A stretch of DNA of 51,268 nt from a virus (lineage: Duplodnaviria; Caudoviricetes). Below, in pieces: positions 18,990-27,453 of the stretch. Position 1 is the first letter of the stretch, and the number at the start of each line of letters is the position of its first letter. The notes beneath the pieces are model-generated. The model had not been told where the DNA came from. It saw nothing but the letters and a program-made list of their open reading frames with translations, and made no database searches. The stretch covers positions 1 to 51,268 of the IMG/VR virus record IMGVR_UViG_3300022751_000238, one strand, 5' to 3'. The position numbers were made by a program, and so were the translations under genes.

Positions 18990-19972
18990 TGATTGTCAAT
19001 TCAGAAATTTTTAAAGCCCAGCTCGGAGGCATTCAGAGCAAAATAAATTTCAACACGGTTGAAACCTTCATTATATCAGCAGAACGCAATTTTAGAAAAA
19101 TCGTAGGTAAAGAGCTTTACGATTTCCTGAACGAAATCGATTTCAGTGCTCCGGAGCCTGGAACTGATCCGATCGTACTGAAAGAGCTTCTGGAAATATC
19201 CCAGGGGTGTATTAGCTGGGCGGCTTATGACCTGGCTTTACCGCACCTTAAAATCCGTGTCGGCGATCTGGGTTTAGTCAAAAATTCAGCCAATCAGACC
19301 GTAGCGGTCACCAAATGGGAGTACGTCGATACCCGCGAAGCAAACCTTGCGATGCAGGACATCATGTGGGAATTCTTCTGGGAAACGATCGAAGAATTGC
19401 AACCCGATGTATGGACAGCCTCCGAGGCTTACAAAGAAAGAAACCAGTATTTTCTGCGATCGGCAGACGAGCTTACAAAATACATCGCCCTGGTAGGAAG
19501 AAACAGAAGACTTTTTGCGCAGCTCGAACAGTTTATTCGCCGCGCAGAACAGGTTTATATTTCCGATGCTGTCACCTCCGGAGTTTTCGACCGGCTCAAA
19601 ATGCGCTGGATGGATAAGGATACACAGCTGACACCGGTGGAGCTGATGCTCGTCGAGAAGATCCGCGAAGCACTGGCGTATCTGACCCTTCATGAAGCTT
19701 ATCCATATCTGCCGATCAAGATCGATGAAAACGGTGTCAGGGAAGCGCGCAAATGGGACGGAACCTCAAATGAAAACCCCGCAGATCCTAAGTTTAAAAA
19801 CGCCCAAAGAAACCAGCTCTGGCAGGATGCCCAGCTGTACATGGGACGTTTGAAAACCTTTATGGACAGCTACTCCACCGCCGATCAATTCCCTGAGTAC
19901 TTCACCGCCAATCTGAGCGGGCCTGAACAGGAAGACGAAGACTTTACCTATAAATCCCACGTTTTAATTTAA
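18989..19972 (+). CDS. DUF6712-like head-completion protein
   Basis: Two-fold internal helical repeat ('FI..AE......G..L'), directly after portal. Confidence 0.6.
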   Translation: MIVNSEIFKAQLGGIQSKINFNTVETFIISAERNFRKIVGKELYDFLNEIDFSAPEPGTDPIVLKELLEISQGCISWAAYDLALPHLKIRVGDLGLVKNSANQTVAVTKWEYVDTREANLAMQDIMWEFFWETIEELQPDVWTASEAYKERNQYFLRSADELTKYIALVGRNRRLFAQLEQFIRRAEQVYISDAVTSGVFDRLKMRWMDKDTQLTPVELMLVEKIREALAYLTLHEAYPYLPIKIDENGVREARKWDGTSNENPADPKFKNAQRNQLWQDAQLYMGRLKTFMDSYSTADQFPEYFTANLSGPEQEDEDFTYKSHVLI

Positions 19973-19982
19973 CCCATCCTCT

Positions 19983-22562
19983 ATGAAAAAAATGCTTTTA
20001 TTGCTCCTGATGCTCTATTCAGGAGTCCAGGCGCAGACGATCAACTTGTCAGACTACGCAAAAAAGTCTGACTTTGATAAGCTGACAAACAAGGTTGACC
20101 GCCAGCAAAAGACGATCGACAGTTTGACGGCTATGCTCACGGGCGGCGTTGTCAAACCGCCTGTAGTATTGAAGAAATGCCCGAAAGGCCCGACTATCGT
20201 TGAAATTAGAAATGTGACCAGCAAAGGATTTGAAATCCAGTTCGATGCTGACAGTGTTTTTAATATGAAGTACACGGTGACGGGTGCGAAGGTTTACATC
20301 GACAGCATAAAGCCGACCAGAAACACTTTCGCAGTAATTTTCCCGACCCAGTTTCCAAACGGTGCCTACACATTCAGTATCGAAGGGATCAACTGCTCAG
20401 GTTCAAATTCCCGCATTTTCACCATCGCCGGTGGAGTCGATCCACCCAGCGCAGCCGATTGTAAGAAGCAGCCGACATTCAAAATCAACGGTTTCACAAA
20501 TCAGGCTGCAACCGTACAATTTGATGCGGACGGGTTAAAAACACTTACCCTATCGCTCGTTCAGGGAACTGAGACGATTAGAACCGTTACCTACAACCCC
20601 GACGTCAATACCTTGTTTTTTCCTTTCGGAAAGGTAATTCCGGCAGGAAACTATAAGATCAAACTTACGCCGGTTTCCTGTACTGCTGATGTAACAAATC
20701 AGGAATTCACGATCAAGAGTGAAGATACGGGCGCGGTCGATCCGCCTGTCGAGACTGATCCCGGTGCAGCTGATTACAAGCGGATCACCAAGGGCATGGA
20801 AGAGCACATGTCCATCACGCGGCGCACGGTTGGTGATCTGGATTACATCACCGACAATACCGCGAATCCGCTACAATCCGGCCACAAATACCATTATATA
20901 GCAGGTGCGCAGGTTATTACACAGTCCACTCCATTAAAAGATTACCCTTTTGCCCGCAACAACGGTTTCAGGATCGTTAAGTTTAACAAGAAGGATGGCG
21001 TTCAATCGATGAACGAGTGGCCCGGGCAGAATGAAGATGGCAATGTACCTGGTGGATATTACAAAAACGATGCTGGGCAAAGCTTTTCGTTTAACTCTTC
21101 GGCAGCTGTCGAAACCGGGGCTTTCACCGGTTCGCAATCAGGCTTCAAAAATCATTTCCCAGCCGGGTATAATCCCGCACTGGATATGCCACAGTGGCTT
21201 GATCTTGTACCAGAGCTGAAACTTCCAAAAGGTCACTTTTTTGTTCTTAGTAAAGGAGACTGGACGGTTGACCAGGTTCTTAAAAAGGGTATAACCCACA
21301 TACGCCATAACGAAATACCAAGGCTGAACGGTGACGAAACATTGGCTTTGCAACTGCGGATGCAGGGTGTAACATACAATGACGTCCCTATCTCCACGCA
21401 AATTTTCGGGGGAGTTCCAAACAATCCAAGCGACGCGCAAGTGGATGCGATGATCGCACGGCACGCATACCCGGACGCCCTATGGATAGGTGAAACCCAG
21501 GAGCAAACACACGCCATAAAACCCGAATCACGCTGGCTTTACAAGTTTAACGCCGGTATAACAGCAAACCAGAAAAAGAACTTTATTGATAAGGGCATAC
21601 CAGCTCTTAACTGCTTTAATTATTTCCAGTTTTGGCCTAAAAGCTACCACCTCGGACAAGTTTCTGCGGACTCGTCAAAGGCGATGTTCCGCTATCCGCT
21701 TGATTTACTTCCGTATAGCAATTTCAGCCCTGGTGCGCCGCTTTCATCCACAACTTTAATTATGGAGGCTGTATATCTCGGGGCGCCGGATATACAGGAC
21801 GTTCAACCCTTTGATCTAGCCTATAAGCTATCATTAATCAAGCATCTGGGTTATGAATCCGGAGCTTTTAGCGCGGGAGAACATGAATGGAGACCTAACA
21901 ACATGTACTGGGTTCAATACCCTGAGGGCAAGTATTTTTCAAAAAGCAAAATTGCGTTAGATCCGAATACGCTTATCACTGCCGCTTTTTTCTCACAGGT
22001 ATACGGAAAGGTTTTTGTTTTATGGGGCGGAATCGGAAAAATAAATGCTGGTAAAATAGTTGATGATCTTACCTCGGAACCAACCTATTGGAAACCCAAT
22101 GGATCGGATGATCTTAAAGGCAGTACATTAAATCCTGACCCAAACGCAGGAAACTACACAAGGTGGGTTACAAGCCCTGATTTTCCGCATAGCCGCAGGG
22201 GTGGAATAGGATACTTTGGATACAATGGAAGTAGCGACATAGCGCGTTTTGGCTTGCAAGTTTATGCGGATACCTGGGGACAGATACCCGAAGATGGTTC
22301 TAAAAATTTCCTGTCATATAGACTAGACGGAGGTGAATGGATTAATGCAGTAAATGAGTACGTCGACGAAATTGTTAATGCACGGCATGGTAAGCGCGGA
22401 ATCGTTCATTCAATCCATAAAGCTGGGCAAATCGCATGGTTTTACATAAACCCGTTTGCCGACAATCTATGGCACAATTTGGAAGTGCGGTTCCCTAATG
22501 GCCGTACAGTGAAAAACAGGGTCGCTGGAAACGGGATTCACGCCAAGCTTGAAAGCTTGTAA
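19983..22562 (+). CDS. exported protein: coiled coil + two Ig-like repeats + large globular domain
   Basis: Signal peptide VQA-Q; repeats 'C..P....QFDAD' x2; Pro-rich linkers; aromatic-rich C-terminal domain. Confidence 0.7.
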   Translation: MKKMLLLLLMLYSGVQAQTINLSDYAKKSDFDKLTNKVDRQQKTIDSLTAMLTGGVVKPPVVLKKCPKGPTIVEIRNVTSKGFEIQFDADSVFNMKYTVTGAKVYIDSIKPTRNTFAVIFPTQFPNGAYTFSIEGINCSGSNSRIFTIAGGVDPPSAADCKKQPTFKINGFTNQAATVQFDADGLKTLTLSLVQGTETIRTVTYNPDVNTLFFPFGKVIPAGNYKIKLTPVSCTADVTNQEFTIKSEDTGAVDPPVETDPGAADYKRITKGMEEHMSITRRTVGDLDYITDNTANPLQSGHKYHYIAGAQVITQSTPLKDYPFARNNGFRIVKFNKKDGVQSMNEWPGQNEDGNVPGGYYKNDAGQSFSFNSSAAVETGAFTGSQSGFKNHFPAGYNPALDMPQWLDLVPELKLPKGHFFVLSKGDWTVDQVLKKGITHIRHNEIPRLNGDETLALQLRMQGVTYNDVPISTQIFGGVPNNPSDAQVDAMIARHAYPDALWIGETQEQTHAIKPESRWLYKFNAGITANQKKNFIDKGIPALNCFNYFQFWPKSYHLGQVSADSSKAMFRYPLDLLPYSNFSPGAPLSSTTLIMEAVYLGAPDIQDVQPFDLAYKLSLIKHLGYESGAFSAGEHEWRPNNMYWVQYPEGKYFSKSKIALDPNTLITAAFFSQVYGKVFVLWGGIGKINAGKIVDDLTSEPTYWKPNGSDDLKGSTLNPDPNAGNYTRWVTSPDFPHSRRGGIGYFGYNGSSDIARFGLQVYADTWGQIPEDGSKNFLSYRLDGGEWINAVNEYVDEIVNARHGKRGIVHSIHKAGQIAWFYINPFADNLWHNLEVRFPNGRTVKNRVAGNGIHAKLESL

Positions 22563-22567
22563 TTGTA

Positions 22568-22602
22568 GTCCTTCCAAAGGATGAAATCCCAGGCAAACTT
22601 GT
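22568..22602 (+). promoter_or_regulatory. late promoter copy 2 (lysis module)
   Basis: GTCCTTC-N21-AACTTGT. Confidence 0.65.
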
Positions 22603-22636
22603 GTTCCGAAACGAAAATCATACCAAATCAAAATCT

Positions 22637-22984
22637 ATGAAAAAGATCGGACTGTTTGTCTTGGGCATCCTTATCGCCCTGGCCATTTTAATTATTATCA
22701 AATCATTCATTAAAACCTCTCAGCCTATCATTTCAAATCATGAAGACCTTCGGGACACAATCTTACAGCAATCGCAGATGGCAACGATGCACCGCGATTC
22801 TGCTGCTTTCTACGACAAGGCTTCTTCTGAGTCGTTTTCGAAATATGTTTCTGTTATGGCTTCTGATACTGCCGCTTGGGCAGGTCTTCGGGCAAAATAC
22901 AGATACGAGCTTAGATCAAAAATACGAGCAAGCTCTGCTGGACACAGCGATTCGCTACGAGCTGCTAAAACCGGTGGTTTTTAA
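22637..22984 (+). CDS. i-spanin-like protein
   Basis: MKK + N-terminal TM + helical periplasmic part; first gene of the lysis module. Confidence 0.55.
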   Translation: MKKIGLFVLGILIALAILIIIKSFIKTSQPIISNHEDLRDTILQQSQMATMHRDSAAFYDKASSESFSKYVSVMASDTAAWAGLRAKYRYELRSKIRASSAGHSDSLRAAKTGGF

Positions 22985-23183
22985 TCTTCAAAAATCTCAT
23001 GAACACCTTAACAAAGAAATTCTCGCCCTTCGAGCTGAAAACGGGCTTTTGTACTTGCAGCTACAAATGCAAAAAGAGCAGTATGAAAAGCTGCTCGCTG
23101 TTGAACGCGAAAAACGCAGAAAAAAGGTTATCAAAGCCTTCTTTCTGGGTTACATATCTGGAAAACTCACCCCTCCCTATTAA
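22845..23183 (+). CDS. second spanin-like protein, overlapped in +1 frame
   Basis: Signal-like MFLLWLLILPLGQVFG-Q, coiled coil, basic patch and hydrophobic C-terminus; ORF is open from 22740. Confidence 0.55.
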   Translation: MFLLWLLILPLGQVFGQNTDTSLDQKYEQALLDTAIRYELLKPVVFNLQKSHEHLNKEILALRAENGLLYLQLQMQKEQYEKLLAVEREKRRKKVIKAFFLGYISGKLTPPY

Positions 23184-23184
23184 T

Positions 23185-23718
23185 ATGAAAACTTACTTAG
23201 AAAGCTATTTTTCGGCAATGACCCACCATTTAAACTTTATTTCAGAGAATTTCTTTTCCGTTACGCTTTGGGCACTTGTTGCAGGATTGGCGGCATGGCT
23301 ACTGGAATTCATCGAAATGTATGTTTTTTCTGATTTCAGGTATCTTGTATTCCTGCTGCTAATGATTGCCTACGATGCATTTGCGGGAATTCAGAAACAA
23401 AAATACCTGCACAATCTGGACCCGGTCAAACACGCTCCTGCCAGCGCGAAGATTTTTAAAGATAAAACCTTCTCAAAGCTGATGTACTACATCTGCGTTC
23501 TGGCTTCCCTTCATGGCCTTGCCCACCTTCAAATCAAAGGCGTGGAAGTATCTATTTTTAACGCCTTCGAATATGCCGCGCTGATCACGATCATTGCTAC
23601 CGAGTTCTGGTCTGTTCAGGAAAACTATGCCGAAATGGGAAAGAAAACGATCCTGCTTTTGGCTTACGACGCAATAAAAAGCTACGTCACTACTAAAAAG
23701 CCTGTTGATGGAAATTAA
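23185..23718 (+). CDS. holin
   Basis: 3-4 TM segments, 'D...G..K' and 'EFWSVQEN...MG' motifs, immediately before the endolysin. Confidence 0.8.
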   Translation: MKTYLESYFSAMTHHLNFISENFFSVTLWALVAGLAAWLLEFIEMYVFSDFRYLVFLLLMIAYDAFAGIQKQKYLHNLDPVKHAPASAKIFKDKTFSKLMYYICVLASLHGLAHLQIKGVEVSIFNAFEYAALITIIATEFWSVQENYAEMGKKTILLLAYDAIKSYVTTKKPVDGN

Positions 23719-24163
23719 GATCACGCGCCGGTGGGAAGGTGAAAACACGACCCTGAGCATGATGAGCGCTTTCGGTTTTATAAGTCTTTACGTGCTCGAA
23801 GACAAAGACCGCAGGCTCACATCTGATATGTCGTTAGAGAAGATCAGGGAAATTAAGGTACACGGGCGCACCGCCATTCCTGTCGGCAGGTATAAAGTGG
23901 ACATTACTTATTCCAACCGTTTCAAGCGGAAGATGCCGATTTTGATCGGTGTGCCTGGCTTTGCAGGAATCCGGATTCATGCCGGTAACACCCATCAAAA
24001 TACGGATGGTTGTCTACTCCATGGCTTAAAGTATGGATTAGAAAACGGAGACTACATGGTCGGAGAGAGCCGTGTGGCTACCGCTCGTTTGCAATCGCAC
24101 ATTGCAGCGGTGCTGGCCAAGGGAGAGGAAGTATGGATAACTATTGAATCGAAATATGAATAA
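23708..24163 (+). CDS. endolysin, DUF5675-like peptidase
   Basis: 'TAIPVGRY', 'GIRIHAGN...TDGCLL' His/Cys motif. Confidence 0.8.
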   Translation: MEIKITRRWEGENTTLSMMSAFGFISLYVLEDKDRRLTSDMSLEKIREIKVHGRTAIPVGRYKVDITYSNRFKRKMPILIGVPGFAGIRIHAGNTHQNTDGCLLHGLKYGLENGDYMVGESRVATARLQSHIAAVLAKGEEVWITIESKYE

Positions 24164-24186
24164 AATAATCATTAAAAAGTCTCAAT

Positions 24187-25047
24187 ATGCAGCAAGTAGT
24201 TATCAGCGGTCAGGTTTTCAAGCTTCCTGAAAATTGGCAAGAGGTCGAACATAAGCACCTGACCGAGCTGCTTAAAAATTTATATGTGCTGCCTGAATCC
24301 GGCAGCACATATCATACCATTTTACGGATCGTGCTGGGTTATGATCAGAAGCAGTGGAAAAAGCTGATGCAGCATTTCTTTGGCGCGAAGCGATCCGAAG
24401 AACAAAAGAACCAAAGTACCGAAGCGTTGACACAGGTATTAAATATGGTTTCTTGGCTCTGGACTTCGGAACTGAATACAGCTCCTTTTAAGAAATTCAA
24501 AGTGAATGGTCAGTACTGGCATTTATTCGAGGAAGGTTTCCGGAGCATGACATTCGGCGAGCTATCCGATGCCTACATCCATGCACAAGCTTTTATCAAA
24601 CAGCTTGTAGAAGGTGAAGAAAGACTAAATATGCTTGTGGCCAGTGTTTGCAGACCAGAACGTAAGGGAAACTACAAAAATGATCCTAATTGGAACGGCG
24701 ACGACAGAGAACCTTACAATCAGCATATCGCCATCCAGCGCGCTAAATTTTTGAACGGTGCCTTCATGGAGGAAAAAATACTTGTGATGGTTTACTTTAT
24801 GGGATCAGTAAAAGAGTTTTTCTCGTTTTTCGATCTTTTTGACAGCGATGAATCCGCTCCGCCCGTTCCAGAAGAATTTCCAGGCCAATCCATGATCAAA
24901 AATCAACATCTGCTTTCGCAAAAACAAGTTTTTGGCGCAATGAAAGCAACCAAATCTGCCAATGTACACGATGTTTTCCTGTTTTTAGAGGAACACAATA
25001 AAGACGTTAAAGCCGAAATCGCTAGAAACAAAACAAACCAAAATTGA
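24187..25047 (+). CDS. putative tail assembly protein
   Basis: 'LPENWQEV' and 'MTFGE' motifs seen in Bacteroidota prophage morphogenesis genes; assignment is positional. Confidence 0.45.
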   Translation: MQQVVISGQVFKLPENWQEVEHKHLTELLKNLYVLPESGSTYHTILRIVLGYDQKQWKKLMQHFFGAKRSEEQKNQSTEALTQVLNMVSWLWTSELNTAPFKKFKVNGQYWHLFEEGFRSMTFGELSDAYIHAQAFIKQLVEGEERLNMLVASVCRPERKGNYKNDPNWNGDDREPYNQHIAIQRAKFLNGAFMEEKILVMVYFMGSVKEFFSFFDLFDSDESAPPVPEEFPGQSMIKNQHLLSQKQVFGAMKATKSANVHDVFLFLEEHNKDVKAEIARNKTNQN

Positions 25048-25049
25048 CT

Positions 25050-25520
25050 ATGACACCGACCGATACTTTATTCTGGCAATACCTTTTGCCGATTCTGGAA
25101 GCGCAGAAAACTGCGTATGGCGTAACGTACATTGAACTGTCCGATAGCAATGGGATGGACAGAATGATTGAAGACTCCGTATCCGAAAATGTTTACCCGG
25201 GAATTTTTGTGATGCGTCCCCGGTACATGACCAAAAAGGTTGAAAATCACATTCTGATGGCTGAGTTTAACACTGTTTTTTATATCTGGTGTAAGGAGCC
25301 ATCCAACGAACGTGCAGATCAGGACAAAGCATACGATCATGCCGAAACGATTGCCACGTCCATTATTCAAAAACTCCAGCACGATAGCCGGAGTTATCAA
25401 AACTTTCTGGATTTTGATACCATCCAAATTGAACCGGTTATGTATAGTGGTGCAGATGCAAGCTTTGGTTATGAAGTAAAGATGCGCCTTGGACTGGCTG
25501 CGAATAATATGTTCTGTTAA
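25050..25520 (+). CDS. putative tail terminator/completion protein
   Basis: ~157-aa acidic alpha/beta protein with a gpU-like pattern. Confidence 0.5.
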   Translation: MTPTDTLFWQYLLPILEAQKTAYGVTYIELSDSNGMDRMIEDSVSENVYPGIFVMRPRYMTKKVENHILMAEFNTVFYIWCKEPSNERADQDKAYDHAETIATSIIQKLQHDSRSYQNFLDFDTIQIEPVMYSGADASFGYEVKMRLGLAANNMFC

Positions 25521-25538
25521 AATTTCTCTTAAAAATAT

Positions 25539-27386
25539 TTACTTTTTACCGTATTTTCTAAATGCGAAAATGAACTGATATATAAAATAAGCACTGAGAA
25601 TCCTACCGACGAAGTCCCAGAACCGAGATGCATAAGTTATTTTCAATTTGACGACTTCTGGGATATAATCAGCTTTGTGAATTGGAAAGAGGAATTCGGG
25701 AAACAATGACAGAATTTCTTTAAAATTATCTATTTGTTCCTCATTCGGCTTATAAATAATTAGCCCATAACCAAGTGAAATATTATGGATAATATAGACA
25801 ACACTCATCACAAACATTAATAGCCATAGTGCCCGCCACCAATCTGTACCAAAGTTATTAGAGTATTTATTTGTAAATAAAGTAGCATAATCGCGGAATT
25901 CTGCCCACGTCTTTTTTCTTGTTAATTGATTTAAAGACTCGTAGTGAGCGTTAAGTTCCAAGGCTAAATATTCGTTACTTTTGACAGAGTCACCGCGACT
26001 TTCATAAACCTTTTTCAGTTGAGCGTATCCAATCTGAATATCTCTAAAATCACCTTGCAATGTAGCTGGCATATCAGTACCAGCAAGGAAAATCTCACTA
26101 ATCTTCGATGCTTTTATTTCCATCGACATTTCTGAAAAGTTACAGGAAATGAAATTTATCTTACCCAAATCAGAGTTCAAAAGTTTAAAGTCTGACTCTT
26201 GTGTTTCCAGCTGATCAATTGATATTTTGTGACTTTTCAACAAATCAAAATACTCCGACGATAATACAGAAACTAAGGACTTGGTAATTCGTGGTTGATA
26301 CTCTATCCCCGAAATGTAAACATTAGAATTATTATTAAATGAAGCAAAATTAATAGACGAAACCGTAAATCCTTCCAATACAATTGTAGGCTTATCCTTG
26401 TCAGCACCCTGCTGGAATGTCCCATTGATTAAACTCAGCTTATTAATATGCAGTGGATGCTCGCTAACACCAGTCACATTCAAAGTATTAAACTTCGCGA
26501 GTTTGATTGGAAGGATAAGGTGATCAATTGTAGCCTCCGAAATAACAATCTCATTAATACTAACTGCTCCAAAAGCCAAATGCCCAATATTGCATCCATT
26601 TTCAATGATAACCTTACCTTTTGATCCACTTTTTTGAAATTCTAAACTTTCCACTGTTATCTTACTAATGTTGACATCACCAAAATTGGAATTTATTATA
26701 ATTTCTTTAAATATTGAATCACTAAGGTTCAGCTGATGCAAAGACTCAAAGTTTAAGATTGGTATACTGCAAGAGTCAGTTGTAGTAAAGTCAATGACCT
26801 TTGAAATATTTGATTTATTAAGAATGGTTCGTTTTAAATCCAAATATTGAGCATAAGTTATGTCAAGTTCGTCTACAGTTACATTTTTCATTCTTATATA
26901 CTGTCCTGATTCTACCGCAATTTTAGCAATGCTAAAATCTTCATTCGATTCATCCTGTTCAATTACCAAGTCTAGTAATTGCCCATTTCCGTCTATTTCT
27001 ATACTGCCGATATGTAAACTGTTTTGAGCTATTATTTTGGTTGCCATCCTATACATGTTGCTATCGTTAGGAGGCAAAAAATTATTTAAAATCCTGTTGA
27101 TGTAGCAATTCACGAATTTAATGGAGGCTTTAGTATTGTCATGCTCCCATTTCTCAATAATTTTTATAATAACATCGGATTCAAAATGACAATCGATAAA
27201 CTCGATATTCACCCAACTAACCAGCGCAAAAACAACAATCTTATCATCAAATCGGATTTTTTTTGCTTTCACCGTCGAAGTTTGATTATCAATCGTGATC
27301 TGTGCTTCATAATCGAAATTTTGCGTATCCTGAATGTTCGATAAAAAGTGATTCCATTGATCCTGAGATAAGATATATCTGTTCAT
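25539..27386 (-). CDS. beta-helix (pentapeptide-like) repeat protein with C-terminal membrane domain
   Basis: Long I/L/F-spaced repeats, 'YAQLK..Y', 'SNNFGTDWWRAL', TM-loop-TM ending AFRKYGKK; ATG 27386 preferred because the longer track start overlaps promoter 3. Confidence 0.75.
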   Translation of the reverse strand: MNRYILSQDQWNHFLSNIQDTQNFDYEAQITIDNQTSTVKAKKIRFDDKIVVFALVSWVNIEFIDCHFESDVIIKIIEKWEHDNTKASIKFVNCYINRILNNFLPPNDSNMYRMATKIIAQNSLHIGSIEIDGNGQLLDLVIEQDESNEDFSIAKIAVESGQYIRMKNVTVDELDITYAQYLDLKRTILNKSNISKVIDFTTTDSCSIPILNFESLHQLNLSDSIFKEIIINSNFGDVNISKITVESLEFQKSGSKGKVIIENGCNIGHLAFGAVSINEIVISEATIDHLILPIKLAKFNTLNVTGVSEHPLHINKLSLINGTFQQGADKDKPTIVLEGFTVSSINFASFNNNSNVYISGIEYQPRITKSLVSVLSSEYFDLLKSHKISIDQLETQESDFKLLNSDLGKINFISCNFSEMSMEIKASKISEIFLAGTDMPATLQGDFRDIQIGYAQLKKVYESRGDSVKSNEYLALELNAHYESLNQLTRKKTWAEFRDYATLFTNKYSNNFGTDWWRALWLLMFVMSVVYIIHNISLGYGLIIYKPNEEQIDNFKEILSLFPEFLFPIHKADYIPEVVKLKITYASRFWDFVGRILSAYFIYQFIFAFRKYGKK

Positions 27387-27401
27387 TTTTAAGTGGTTTA
27401 A

Positions 27402-27436
27402 GTCCTTCCAAGGTAGTAACTTATTATTCACTTTTG
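27402..27436 (+). promoter_or_regulatory. late promoter copy 3
   Basis: GTCCTTC-N21-ACTTTTG. Confidence 0.7.
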
Positions 27437-27453
27437 GAGAAAAATCATCTTCT

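Noticed and set aside
22999-23184. Long N-terminal extension of the holin
   Set aside because: Overlaps the spanin-like gene; ATG 23185 sits 1 nt after that gene's stop and gives a typical holin
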